64,000 nucleotides of DNA from Nitrosopumilus sp. (GCA_965219345.1 OZ244732.1:992001-1056000); one strand, 5' to 3'; positions 35,301 through 41,500 are shown, numbered from the stretch's first letter. Notes: generated by a model not told the origin, from the letters alone. Numbers and translations are program-made.

Positions 35301-35899
35301 AACCTGAAAGAAAGCCCGAAAAGAGCGGCAGAAGCGGCGGTGGCGGTGGTGGTGGCGGCGGCCGTACCGGCGTCAGTACAGGCGGAGGAGGAGAACCCCT
35401 GTCCGACATTGAACTTTACGGCGTTTCATGGAACTGTGAGACGGGCCTAGTCAGAATAATAACCGGTGATGACTCGTCTACGCTGTCGGTATCCGTCAGA
35501 ACCTCCATTGGCGGCCTGGCCGAGGCCAGTTTATCCGATGAAAGCATACCCGGCAGCAAGGTATTCACATCCCACATAGGGCCTTCCGAGACATACCTTG
35601 GCATACTGCTGGTGGACATAGCGGGACGGGACAGCAACATTAGAAACGAAAGCATTGCCATAAAGCAGTGCGTTGGCGAGAAGACATATGACGATGATGA
35701 TGACGATGACATGTCAGATACGCCAAAGTCCACATCCCAGTCCCAGTCCGATAGTAGCAGCGACGTATCCAAAGGCGACATGGAATGCAAGCCTGGCTTT
35801 ACGATGGTCAAGAACCTGAGAGATGATCTTGCCTGCCTCTTTGACCGCTCGGTACAGCCATTGATGGAACGCGGCTGGGTAGAATCAATAGTAGGATAG
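20381..35899 (+). CDS. Giant secreted/surface protein (~5172 aa): SwmB-like Ig repeats and ten groups of five beta-propeller-type repeats
   Basis: GTG start at 20381 gives a signal peptide ending VYAQ; 50 FSxDGTxMFV-type repeats; ten SLASF module ends; Gly tract; C-terminal C..G...AC...LMERGW tail. Confidence 0.92.
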   Translation: MNINYKNILCLMALLFVVYGTTTLTVYAQTDNPPTIIAASVTSTTEIVLTYSENIEVPTTNGTGFALSTGGTVTANTDPAGSGNVITLTVSGITNTSDTPAITYTESLGTVADSASNQAADQIFDRTTDDAPPTVSSIATSGTSTVDVILSEDVIYNLAAPEDFVLFVQSGNTLTSMTIGEITAVDNTLTLDHDATLASDDVINLEYNKATGSIDDIIRPSFVDSFSVASQELFPRDLAFSNNGTRMFVTGDDGNDVNEYALSAPFDISPATFVDSFSVADEDQTPIGLAFSANGTRMFVVGDDSNEVYQYTLAAPFDVSNVTSDSSFLVSTETTSPRGLAFSNDGTKMFVLSFADSVVYQYTLTTPFDVSTAVSSSFFSAASQDSILIGLAFSADGTRMFVAGSHNDKVYQYALTAAFDVGTATFVDSFSVRSQDGTPRGLAFSADGARMFVVGDDNDNINEYALPKPFTLFPQPNSLASFTATLVENNIPSDTTPPTITAASVTSATEITLTYSENIDADSTDGAGFTLSVGQVTANTDPGGSGNTITLTVSGITNTSDTPVITYAESLGTVIDTASNPAADQTFDHTTDDAPPTVSSIATATMSIIDIVLSENVAYNSAAPEDFVLSGTISPDSAVTAIAVIADTVTLFLDGMLAHDDVINLAYTRTTGSINDIPSPPSFVDSFSVSSQDGRPQGLAFSNDGTKMFVVGDDNDEINEYTLSIPFDVSTATFVDFFPAASQDSSPQGLAFSNDGTKMFVVGNIGDEINEYTLSIPFDVSTATFVDFFPVDSQDTIPRDIAFSNDGTKMFVVGNDDNDINEYTLSAPFDVSTATFVDSFPVALHASSPRGLAFSDDGHGMFVVGHINVVVKYELTAPFDVSTASHVTSFSVKSQDGVPSGLAFSNDGTRMFVLDNGNDAVREYALSDPFTLFPQPNSLASFAATLVKNNIAPPDTTPPTITAAAVTSLTEIVLTYSENIDVTTTDGQGFTLSDGQVTANTDPAGSGNTITLTVSGITNASDAPNVIYNASDGTVADGASNQAANQTFTDTTDSTAPTVSSIGTAGISTIDIVLSKNVTINGAAPGDFALSGTISTDPAVTGITALNDTVTLSLDDMLDGNDVINLTYDKTTGSIDDIPVPPSFVTSFPVSSQDLTPQGLALSADGTRMFVLGSGGGAVHQHTLTAPFDLSTASYDNIAFSVTDQEPAPRDVAFSNDGTKMFVLGDGNNDINEYALSAAFDISNVAGTSDVSNVTSFSVASQESSPQGLTFSADGSKMFVTGFNGGDVLQYALSAPFDVSTASYDNISFTVSLQDSDPRDVAFSADGSKMFVVGSSSDSVHEYTLTAPFDVSTASHADSFSVESQDGAPSGLAFSGDGTRMFVTGDDNDAVYEYSVSEPFTLFLQPNSLASFAATPVKNNISPFTIIASSLTSATEIVLTYDENIDVNATDGTGFSLSVGQVTANSDPAGSDNTITLTVSGIAAGSDTPDVTYTASDGTVTDNESNPAPDQTFIDTTGGTTLAVSSAATAGTSTIHVTLSEDVTINGAAPGDFALSGDISTDPTVTGIAAIANTVTLSLDDTLDHDDAISLTYDKTTGSIDYIPLPPFAGSFPVDSQDRTPVGLAFSNDGTKMFVTGSQKDRVYQYALTEPFDVSSASYSSKSFSVESQDEDPRGLAFSNDGTKMFVSGDDGNDINEYALSAPFDVSTASHADSFSVSSQDNSVRGLAFSANGTKMFVVGDGNNAVYQYALSAPFDVSNVTGTSDVSFVTSFSVSSQEKFPFGLAFSDDGTRMFVVGNDINEYILSAPFDVSTARFDRSFPIDSQDSEQTDLAFSADGTRIFVVGNGNDSVYQYALSDPFTLSPQPDSLASFAAISVTNDIPDTTPPAITAAAVTSATEILLTYSENIDVATTDGQGFTLSDGGTVTANTNPAGTGNTITLTVSGITASDAPAITYTAPPGSVADTASNQAADQTFTGTTPLPDDTPPAITAAAVTSATEILLTYSENIDVSTTNGTGFSLSDGQVSANTDPAGTDNTITLTVSDITDTSDAPAITYTAPPGTVTDTASNPAANQTFTGTTDDAPPTVSSIGTAGISTIDIVLSKNVTINGAAPEDFVLSGNITADPVVTGITAVANTVTLSLDDTLDHDDDILLAYTRTTGSIDEGPFATFDSSLPVASQDIMPFGIAFSNDGMRMFVSGVHNSAISEYALTAPFDVSTATFDSSLSVASEDLTPHGLTFSNDGTSMFVVGSFDQDINEYELTAPFDISDATFVDSLPIVSKDAEPQDLAFSNDGTRLFVTGSDNDAVHQYALDTAFDISTASAASSSLISFSVESQDDFPIGLTFSNDGYGMFVVGSTGGNVHQYALTAPFDISTASHAGSFQLGSQGTLPRGLTFSDDGSRMFVVSDAVHGYALSEPFKLFSQSASLASFAATIVTNNIPPDTIPPAITAAAVTSAASITLTYSEDIDVSTTNGMGFALSTTGGTVTANTDPAGTDNTITLTISGITDTSDTPDITYTASDGTVADNASNPAADQTFAGTTDDAPPTVSSIATSGTSTSAIDIILSEDVTINGAAPGDFVLSGNITADPVVTGITVAAAAADTVTLSLDGTLDHDDVILLAYTRTTGSIGDGPAAHLAGSFPIDLQDSSPIGLAFSTDGTRMFVVDLSDNAVYQYALTTHFDVSTATSVTSFSVSSQDINPRGLTFSATGTKMFVLGSAGGGNVHQYALAAPFDISNVAGTSDVSFVTSFSISSQDINPRDLAFSADGTRMFVAGIGNSAVYQYALTAPFDVSSASFDDTSFPVVRQDRNPTGLAFSANGMQMFVTGDDGNDINEYALDTAFDVSDADFVGSFSVESHDSSPAGLTFSGDGMQMFVAGSDSNAVYRYALPEPFMLFSQPNSLASFAATTVTNNIASPSPPPDGTDPPIDDTVPPEITAAAVTSATEILLTYSEDIDVTTTNGEGFTLSDGGTVTANTNPAGTDDTITLTVSGITTSDAPVITYIAPPGTVVDAESNPAADQTFTGTTDDAPPTVSSIATASTSTINIVLSENVTINGAAPEDFALSSTISTDPAVTGITAVTNNTVALALDDTLDSNDVILLAYTKTTGSIDDIPLPPLLSSFPVGMQDQAPTGMAFSNDGTRMFVVSIGSDSDNDAVHQYTLTAAFDVSTATFVDSFSVGSQDTVPRGVAFSADGTKMFVVGSFDNNINEYTLTAAFDVSTAAFVDSFSVASQDILPLDMAFSGDGTKMFVLGGAGDDINEYTLSAPFDVSNVAGTSDVTFVDSFPVASQDRSTQGLTFSADGTRMFVVGSINGAVYGYALTAPFDVSTATFVDSFSVTSQDRFPRGLAFSADGTRIFVLGSDSENVHQYALSEPFTLFQQPNSLASFEATLVTNNIGSPPPDDIDPPIDDTVPPEIIAAAVTSLTEITLTYSEDIDVTTTDGQGFTLSDGQVTANTNPAGTDNTITLTVSGITASDAPAITYTAPPGTVVDSALNPAASQTFTDTTPLPDDTVAPAITAAAVTSTTSITLTYSEDIDVTTTDGQGFTLSVGQVTANTNPAGTGNTITLTVSGITASDAPAITYTAPPGTVVDSALNPAANQTFTDTTPLPDDTTPLPDDTVPPTLTVSSIATAGTSAIDIVLSEDVTINGAAPGDFALSGDISADPTVTAVAAAADTVTLTLDGTLDHDDVILLAYTRTTGSIDDIPAASAFPDGSFSVRSQDPTPNGLAFSADGTRMFVTGNNFNAVYQYALTAPFDVSNVTGTSDVSHVDRFLVGSQDTSPRDVAFSADGTKMFVVGSSSDSVHEYALTTAFDVSTATIVTSFSVESQDTSPRGLAFSANGTKMFVVGSSSASVHEYALTTAFDVSSATIDSSFSVESQDSSPRGLAFSANGTKMFVTGNDNAAVYEYALTTPFDVSTASFGSSFSVESQDSSPAGLAFSGDGTGMFVLGFDGANVHQYALSEPFTLLPQPNSLASFEAIPVTNNIASPSPPDGTDPPPDDTVAPAITAAAVTSATEILLTYSENIDVTTTDGQGFTLSVGQVTANTNPAGTDNTITLTVSGITASDAPAITYTAPPGTVVDTASNSAASQTFTDTTPLPDDTTPLPDDTVPPTLTVSSVATAGTSAIDIVLSKDVTINGAAPGDFALSGDISTDPTVTGITAAADTVTLTLNDTLDHDDVILLAYDKTTGSIDDIPLPSLASSFSVALEDTFPHGLAFSDDGTRMFVMGSGNDAVYQYALTTPFDVSTASFDVSTASIDDFSLSPRSLGLAFSANGTGMFVVGHDIYQYTLAAPFDVSTASLDSSFSVESQESFPQSLAFSDDGTGMFVVGDDIYQYTLSTPFDILTASYDDISFSVSSQESSLRDVAFSADGTRMFVVGDDIYQYALTTPFDISTASHDSSFSVSSQESSPRGLAFSDDGTRMFVAGIDNSAVYQYTLPEPFTLFSQPNSLASFAATLVTNNISSDTVAPTITAAAVTSATSITLTYSENIDVTTTDGQGFTLSVGQVTANTNPAGTDNTITLTVSGITASDAPAITYTAPPGTVVDSALNPAASQTFTDTTPLPDDTTPLPDDTVPPTLTVSSVATAGTSAIDIVLSKDVTINGAAPGDFVLSGDISADPTVTGITAAADTVTLTLNDTLDHDDVILLAYTRTTGSIDDIPAASAFPDGSFSVRSQDPTPNGLAFSADGTRMFVTGNNFNAVYEYTLAAPFDVSNVTGTSDVSHVDRFLVDSQESSPRGLAFSADGTKMFVVGSSSDSVHEYALTTAFDVSTATIDSSFSVESQDSSPRGLAFSADGTKMFVVGSSSASVHEYALTSAFDVSSATIDSSFSVESQDSSPRGLAFSADGTKMFVVGSSSDSVHEYALTTAFDVSTATIDSSFSVESQDSSPAGLAFSGDGTSMFVLGFDGANVHQYALSEPFTLLPQPNSLASFEAMSVTNNIAQSGDIDTTVTIVDDTEEPEPEPERKPEKSGRSGGGGGGGGGRTGVSTGGGGEPLSDIELYGVSWNCETGLVRIITGDDSSTLSVSVRTSIGGLAEASLSDESIPGSKVFTSHIGPSETYLGILLVDIAGRDSNIRNESIAIKQCVGEKTYDDDDDDDMSDTPKSTSQSQSDSSSDVSKGDMECKPGFTMVKNLRDDLACLFDRSVQPLMERGWVESIVG

Positions 35900-35998
35900 T
35901 ACGTGTGTGCGTGTACGGTAGTGAGACAAAGCCGCAATCGCGTTTGCCTGTATGGTTATGTCACGCATGACAAAGTCTTTGGTCTGGTAGTCTCATCG

Positions 35999-37087
35999 TT
36001 ATGGATGATATTTTTTTCGTATCTTGTAGACTATAAATGCCGGAGATATAACATACACCCCTACCAGCAGCCCTATAGTTGATACTCCAAAGAATATCAC
36101 TGATTCATTTGTAGGCTCTGCCATATTCATTATGTTTAGAATATGTATTCCCGGAGTTATTGTTATTTTTACAAATTCCTTGAATAGTATGTTTTCTCTT
36201 TGCCAGTCAGCTATGGCTGGTGCAAATGTATAGTATACTGTGTTAAACCCGCTCATAAAAGAGACCCCTGATGTTGTAGATAATAGCGTATTGTCCCGTA
36301 TCTGGCGCAAGTGCTGTACTTGCGGTGCAAGCTCTGTTCCGTATGCCGCAGTTGCAATCAAACAACTACCGCCATTAGTTGGCTCTGCATCAACTTCAAT
36401 TACTTTGCAAAAACCATTAATCAGTTCTGTACCAGGACCGCAAACTCTTGTTGGCTCAACTGGCATGTCATTTGTAATAGTCAAGCCTGCAACAGTTTTA
36501 GAATTGTCAGTTGTTTCTTTTGATTCTTGCGGGTCTATTAGTTCCGATGTTGTAGACTCTGTAACGTTTTTGGAAGACTCTATTATTGTAGGTTCTTCTT
36601 CCATCACCGGTTCTTCTTCTGTTGCGGACTCTGGTGTTTTTGGTTGAATGTCTTGTTTGTCCTCATCTGCAAATTTCCCTATTGCGGTTATTGTAGATTT
36701 TGCCTTTACCGCTTCATTGAGTATTATGGTACCTGATGTGTCATCTGATAGTAACGTGACTGTAATCCATTGTTTCTGTGTTTTAAATCCATCATAATCT
36801 GCAGGAAGTGTCACTCTGATTGGTATTTTGTTTACGCCTTCCTGTGCTATGTGTTTTGATTCATATTCATAATATTCAGAACCTGGCCCTGTAACCTCTA
36901 CTGTTAATGTAGAGCCTGGTCTGGCATCTACAACGTTAAAACTAAACTCTTTTGATTGTCCTGGTGCCAGCTCTACATTGTATCTATCAGGCAAGTTATG
37001 ATATCCTAAACCGTATGCTGTCATAGGTGTGAACAAGAAAAATGCAAAAATTATTACAAATATTTTTATTAAAGATTTGTCTTTCAT
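35999..37087 (-). CDS. Secreted protein with CFI-box-CTERM domain
   Basis: Signal peptide, CGPGTELINGFC and GGSCLIATAAYGTELAPQVQ.LR.IRDN, C-terminal transmembrane helix with basic tail; start uncertain (37087 or 37108). Confidence 0.85.
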   Translation of the reverse strand: MKDKSLIKIFVIIFAFFLFTPMTAYGLGYHNLPDRYNVELAPGQSKEFSFNVVDARPGSTLTVEVTGPGSEYYEYESKHIAQEGVNKIPIRVTLPADYDGFKTQKQWITVTLLSDDTSGTIILNEAVKAKSTITAIGKFADEDKQDIQPKTPESATEEEPVMEEEPTIIESSKNVTESTTSELIDPQESKETTDNSKTVAGLTITNDMPVEPTRVCGPGTELINGFCKVIEVDAEPTNGGSCLIATAAYGTELAPQVQHLRQIRDNTLLSTTSGVSFMSGFNTVYYTFAPAIADWQRENILFKEFVKITITPGIHILNIMNMAEPTNESVIFFGVSTIGLLVGVYVISPAFIVYKIRKKYHP

Positions 37088-37413
37088 TGTATTTCTGTTG
37101 TTATGCACATTTATAATCTTATTATTTATAAATAATATGATGTAATGATGACTAGCATAAATGATTTAATAGGCTTACTATGCGCTGCTTTGTTAAGTTA
37201 GTGGGAGTTTTTACTGCTTTGTCAAGTTAGGGTGTTTTCAGGGATCAGGCATGGATTTCTGAACTGGCTCAGAAATCAAAGGTGAGATAATAAAAAATAT
37301 TCACATCGTAACAATGTCATTATTAGCACTATCAGTTTTTGATTTTTTTTATGTTGGGTTTACTGGGCCAATTCACTAAAAATATTCATTCTGGCCCAGT
37401 TACCATTATTCTT

Positions 37414-37537
37414 GGTTCTGTGTAATCTTCGGGTGCCGATTTTCTCAAAAAAATTACTCAGCAGCCGTACTGAGTGAGGCGTTTTGGATTATGGTTTTCC
37501 ACTTGTTAACCCCATCAACCGAAGATTACACAGAACC
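37414..37537. mobile_element. 124-bp MITE-like IS6 deletion derivative
   Basis: 19-bp TIRs GGTTCTGTGTAATCTTCGG; interior encodes VDGVNKWKTIIQNASLSTAAE* on the minus strand (IS6 transposase C-terminus); no TSD. Confidence 0.88.
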
Positions 37538-37582
37538 ACTATATATGATATATTTTTATATCCGTGGGAATCTAGTAAATAT

Positions 37583-40015
37583 GTGAATATTAATTACAAA
37601 ACATATTGCATTGTGGCATTACTTTTTTCAGTGTCTGGAATGTCGACAATGACCGTACATGCCCAAACCAGTAATGAATTATCTATCACGTCACCATCTG
37701 ATGGTCATCTTACTTCAAACCACCAAATTACAATATCCGGTACTGCCCAAACTAACAGCCAAGTGGATGTGATGATCTTCATAACGCTAATAAATGCCCT
37801 CGGAGAGGCAGTCACTGCCCAAACTAACAGCCAAATAGTTACTGCAGACTCGCAAGGCGAGTGGAGTATTGATGCCTTACTTGCAGAAGGTGATAATATG
37901 ATCACCGTATCTAACGATGGCGCATCCGTATCTGTCACAGTTACATTGGATACTAGGCCACCAACAATTACACTACTGGGAGATGACCCGCAGATTATTG
38001 AATTGGGAGCAGGATATACTGAATTAGGAGCTACAGCTGATGATGGTTCTGAGGTTTTCTCATTATGGCAGCGTACATTTGCGGATGTGATAGGCAAACG
38101 TATCCTCATTGAATATCATGCTATGGATGAAGCCGGAAATGTTGGAGTTGCACATAGACATGTAAATGTTGTTCTCCCGGCAGTTGATATATTGCCGCCT
38201 ACTATTGTATTACCAGGATATGATAGTGTAAACAGCAGGGATAACATAGCATCCATATCCATACTGTTTCACAATTATTTTTATGACCTCAGTTATTGTG
38301 AAGATCTTCATGATGAAAATCCGGAACTTAGCTATACCATACTGGATCGCTTTACCGGCGAATATATAGATGCCATTGAATATCCCATACTTGAATACTC
38401 TTCATATATTCTATCTTATACTTGCACTGATGAATCTGGACTTGAAGCAGAACCTTGGACTAGCAGAGTCCTCTTTGTTGGACCAAGAGAAACATCTGCA
38501 TCAGAACAAAGAGAAACATCTGCATCAGAACAAAGAGAAACATCTGCATCAGAACAAAGAGAAACATCTGCATCAGAACAAAGAGAAACATCTGCATCAG
38601 AACAAAGAGAAACATCTGCATCAGAACAAAGAGAAACATCTGCATCAGAACAAAGAGAAACATCTGCATCAGAACAAAGAGAAACATCTGCATCAGAACA
38701 AAGAGAAACATCTGCATCAGAACAAAGAGAAACATCTGCATCAGAACAAAGAGAAACATCTGCATCAGAACAAAGAGAAACATCTGCATCAGAACAAAGA
38801 GAAACATCTGCATCAGAACAAAGAGAAACATCTGCACCAGAATCATCGGCTGGCAAAGCCTCCTTTGTTGGACCTAGAGAAACATCTGCATCAGAACAAA
38901 GAGAAACATCTGCATCAGAACAAAGAGAAACATCTGCATCCGAATCATCGGCTGGCAAAGCCTCCTTTGTTGGACCTAGAGAAACATCTGCATCAGAACA
39001 AAGAGAAACATCTGCACCAGACCAGTACCCACCATCTTTAGAAAATAATGATAAAAAAATGGGCGGTGGAGACAGCAATGATTGGGAGAAAAAACCAACC
39101 TTTGGCAAGTCTTTTTATACACATGCCCAAATTGTAGAGGATGGATTCTCATTTAACGGGCTAACTTTAGACATTACTGATAACTGGCACACAGACTTTG
39201 ACAAAACTAGCAGTATTATTGGTGAAACCAACCATGTTGAATTAAAAGTGTATGCTGATACAAGCCTCAGATCTGTTACTTTACAATTAGGTATTCCAGA
39301 GATTGGGCAATCACATTATGCTGAGACTGGAATCCACGTATTACTCTCAAGAAACTATACCAATCCAAATAACTATGATATTACAGATGTAATTCATGAA
39401 CAAAAAGAACCATTAATTAATGAAAAAAAATCTAGCGCATCCATAATTCCGTCAAAGTGTACCTCCAGTGATAGAAGCATGGATGAGCGCTGTCATACCA
39501 TATCATTTGACTTTACAATGATGGCACCTCTCAAATGGGATGTTGTTGCCATTAAAGCATCAGATTTTGACAGATATTCTACCACTACATTTATCAATGA
39601 AGGTGTAGAATTTACTGGAGAATCACTGCTTTCTCCTAAAACCCACACGCTGATGGAGAAAACATCAGCCCAAGAAAGACACACAGTTCTGGAATTAACA
39701 CAAATGGATAGAAGACATGCTGTGTATGAAGATCAGTTTGGTAATATTTGGGAACATAACGATTATGGAACTTGGAAAAAGGTCACACCTGATAAGATAG
39801 TCAGGGATAAAGACCCCGCTACAAATGTTATGACACGGTACCATTCATCATTTGACAGTTTAGTTTTACATGAAATTGGCAAAGCTACCAAAATATTTGA
39901 CAGTGATATGATTCAAAGCCAAGTTGGTGATAGTTTCACCTATGAGTATCCAACCGGAGATGGCTCTAGGACCATGTTTCTCAAAGAAAATAATATGATG
40001 TGGATTAGAGGCTAG
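37583..40015 (+). CDS. Secreted/surface protein (~810 aa) with Ig-like (DUF5011-type) domains, RETSASEQ repeat stalk and PTFG-containing C-terminal domain
   Basis: GTG start at 37583 gives a signal peptide ending VHAQ; DTRPPTITLLGDDPQIIELGAGYTELGATA. Confidence 0.85.
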   Translation: MNINYKTYCIVALLFSVSGMSTMTVHAQTSNELSITSPSDGHLTSNHQITISGTAQTNSQVDVMIFITLINALGEAVTAQTNSQIVTADSQGEWSIDALLAEGDNMITVSNDGASVSVTVTLDTRPPTITLLGDDPQIIELGAGYTELGATADDGSEVFSLWQRTFADVIGKRILIEYHAMDEAGNVGVAHRHVNVVLPAVDILPPTIVLPGYDSVNSRDNIASISILFHNYFYDLSYCEDLHDENPELSYTILDRFTGEYIDAIEYPILEYSSYILSYTCTDESGLEAEPWTSRVLFVGPRETSASEQRETSASEQRETSASEQRETSASEQRETSASEQRETSASEQRETSASEQRETSASEQRETSASEQRETSASEQRETSASEQRETSASEQRETSASEQRETSASEQRETSAPESSAGKASFVGPRETSASEQRETSASEQRETSASESSAGKASFVGPRETSASEQRETSAPDQYPPSLENNDKKMGGGDSNDWEKKPTFGKSFYTHAQIVEDGFSFNGLTLDITDNWHTDFDKTSSIIGETNHVELKVYADTSLRSVTLQLGIPEIGQSHYAETGIHVLLSRNYTNPNNYDITDVIHEQKEPLINEKKSSASIIPSKCTSSDRSMDERCHTISFDFTMMAPLKWDVVAIKASDFDRYSTTTFINEGVEFTGESLLSPKTHTLMEKTSAQERHTVLELTQMDRRHAVYEDQFGNIWEHNDYGTWKKVTPDKIVRDKDPATNVMTRYHSSFDSLVLHEIGKATKIFDSDMIQSQVGDSFTYEYPTGDGSRTMFLKENNMMWIRG
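38486..39020 (+). repeat. Coding 24-bp tandem repeat AGAGAAACATCTGCATCAGAACAA
   Basis: 14 perfect copies at 38486-38821, then two shorter blocks (2 and 1 full copies) separated by duplicated ESSAGKASFVGP linkers. Confidence 0.97.
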
Positions 40016-40408
40016 TTTCTACAATTATTTTTCATTTTTATTCCAAATAAATACAAGTAGCCTTACAACATATTACATCAGGGCAGGCGGATGGGATTAG
40101 ACATTATTTCTTTTGTCTAACTATCTGCAAAATAATTTTCCTCAGCTAGGCATTGCTCTTAGCGACCCGTTGAATTTCCCATATTGCCATATTAATCTAT
40201 TACAAAAAGGAAAAAAAGTTACCACCCCCAGATGGCATGATCCAATGCTTTGGACAACATGATGGTGTCAACTAAAAATTCAGGTGCCTTGCACATGGAC
40301 AGTTTTTTTAATGCATGGGATTGTATTGCTTTATTTGGCCCGGAACTTCACTCTGTCAAAACAAGAAGTCCAAAATTAACTTTTAAATCCTGAAAATATC
40401 CAGTAAGC

Positions 40409-40864
40409 ATGTTGGCAGATACAACAATCCGTAAAGCTACGTATGATGATATTGATTACATTTTGGAACTACTGTATGATCTAGGACGATTACATCCACA
40501 AAACGATTCAGATGCCCACGGCTTTGCTGATATGGTAAAACAGTACGTTGCGGATACGGACAAGGAAATTCTTGTAGCTAAAATTGGCAATGACATAGTC
40601 GGCATGACAAGTATGATGTTTTTACCAAGGCTTAATCGTCTTACACCGGAGATGTATATCCCAGAGCTGATTGTCTTACCAAAATATCAAAGGCATGGGA
40701 TAGGAAACAAGCTCATGTCTGAATGTGTCAATATGGCACATGAGAAAAAATGCCATAGAATGAGGCTAGAGTCCGGGTATGCAAGAACTGCCGCACATCA
40801 ATTTTACACACATTTGGGGTTTGTAGATAATGCAAGGTCGTTTGTATTGGAATTAGTGTGCTAG
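40409..40864 (+). CDS. GNAT-family acetyltransferase
   Basis: V.PKYQRHGIG acetyl-CoA motif and AHQFYTHLGF. Confidence 0.9.
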   Translation: MLADTTIRKATYDDIDYILELLYDLGRLHPQNDSDAHGFADMVKQYVADTDKEILVAKIGNDIVGMTSMMFLPRLNRLTPEMYIPELIVLPKYQRHGIGNKLMSECVNMAHEKKCHRMRLESGYARTAAHQFYTHLGFVDNARSFVLELVC

Positions 40865-41006
40865 TCAGTACATCACAAGCTAAATTGCAGGAGATAGGCT
40901 GTAACATGCTGACATGTACTACACCATTGTATGCCATGATGATAATATCCTATGGTATGGTACTTTTGACATGTGTAATAATTGTGATGAAAGTACATCT
41001 GATATC

Positions 41007-41360
41007 TTATCTTGTAAAGTTCAGTGGTGGCTTGTAAGTTCCTAATAACATACATTCAGTAAAGCATCTTTCCCTGTAATTGTCTATCTTGATATATTTT
41101 ACACGATACCATTCTATTTTTTGTGATAGACTAGATCGTCTCTTTACTTTGCTGCATAGATTGCCTGTACCAATATTTAGCATATGTTCCTCACATCTTT
41201 TTTTCAATGAGTTTGTTTGGCCGATATATTGTAAAATCCCTTTTGGATCACTAATTAAATACACTCCAGGAATGTCAAAACCATCTCTATTTGCAATGTA
41301 TGATATTAGATGAGGCTTTGAATTTTCTATTATTTTTTGTATTCTATACCATGATATCAA
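41007..41360 (-). CDS. GIY-YIG nuclease-family protein
   Basis: PGVYLI...YIGQT.SL.KR..EH, conserved E and PPLN. Confidence 0.85.
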   Translation of the reverse strand: MISWYRIQKIIENSKPHLISYIANRDGFDIPGVYLISDPKGILQYIGQTNSLKKRCEEHMLNIGTGNLCSKVKRRSSLSQKIEWYRVKYIKIDNYRERCFTECMLLGTYKPPLNFTR

Positions 41361-41500
41361 AATTATACTTTATTGGCGATTTTGTTTTAAAGTGTTGCTA
41401 ATGATGGTTCTGTGAAGTTATCGTGTGTTAGCATGAAATGCGGATCTTCTCTGAATTGAATGAAGATTATGATACCTGACTATCTGGGTTTTTGGAAATT

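Noticed and set aside
20381-35899. Diversity-generating retroelement acting on the near-identical repeats
   Set aside because: There is no reverse transcriptase in the window, all copies are coding, and I saw no adenine-specific mismatch pattern.
20464-35937. Many long antisense and alternate-frame ORFs over the giant gene and the 24-bp repeat
   Set aside because: These are shadows of GC-rich repetitive coding sequence with no independent protein features.
37185-37400. 17-bp near-direct repeat CTGCTTTGT(T/C)AAGTTAG and two short inverted repeats
   Set aside because: Only two copies, with no partner end or associated gene; no function can be supported.
38486-39020. CRISPR array
   Set aside because: The 24-bp units are contiguous with no spacers, lie in frame within a CDS, and no cas genes are present.
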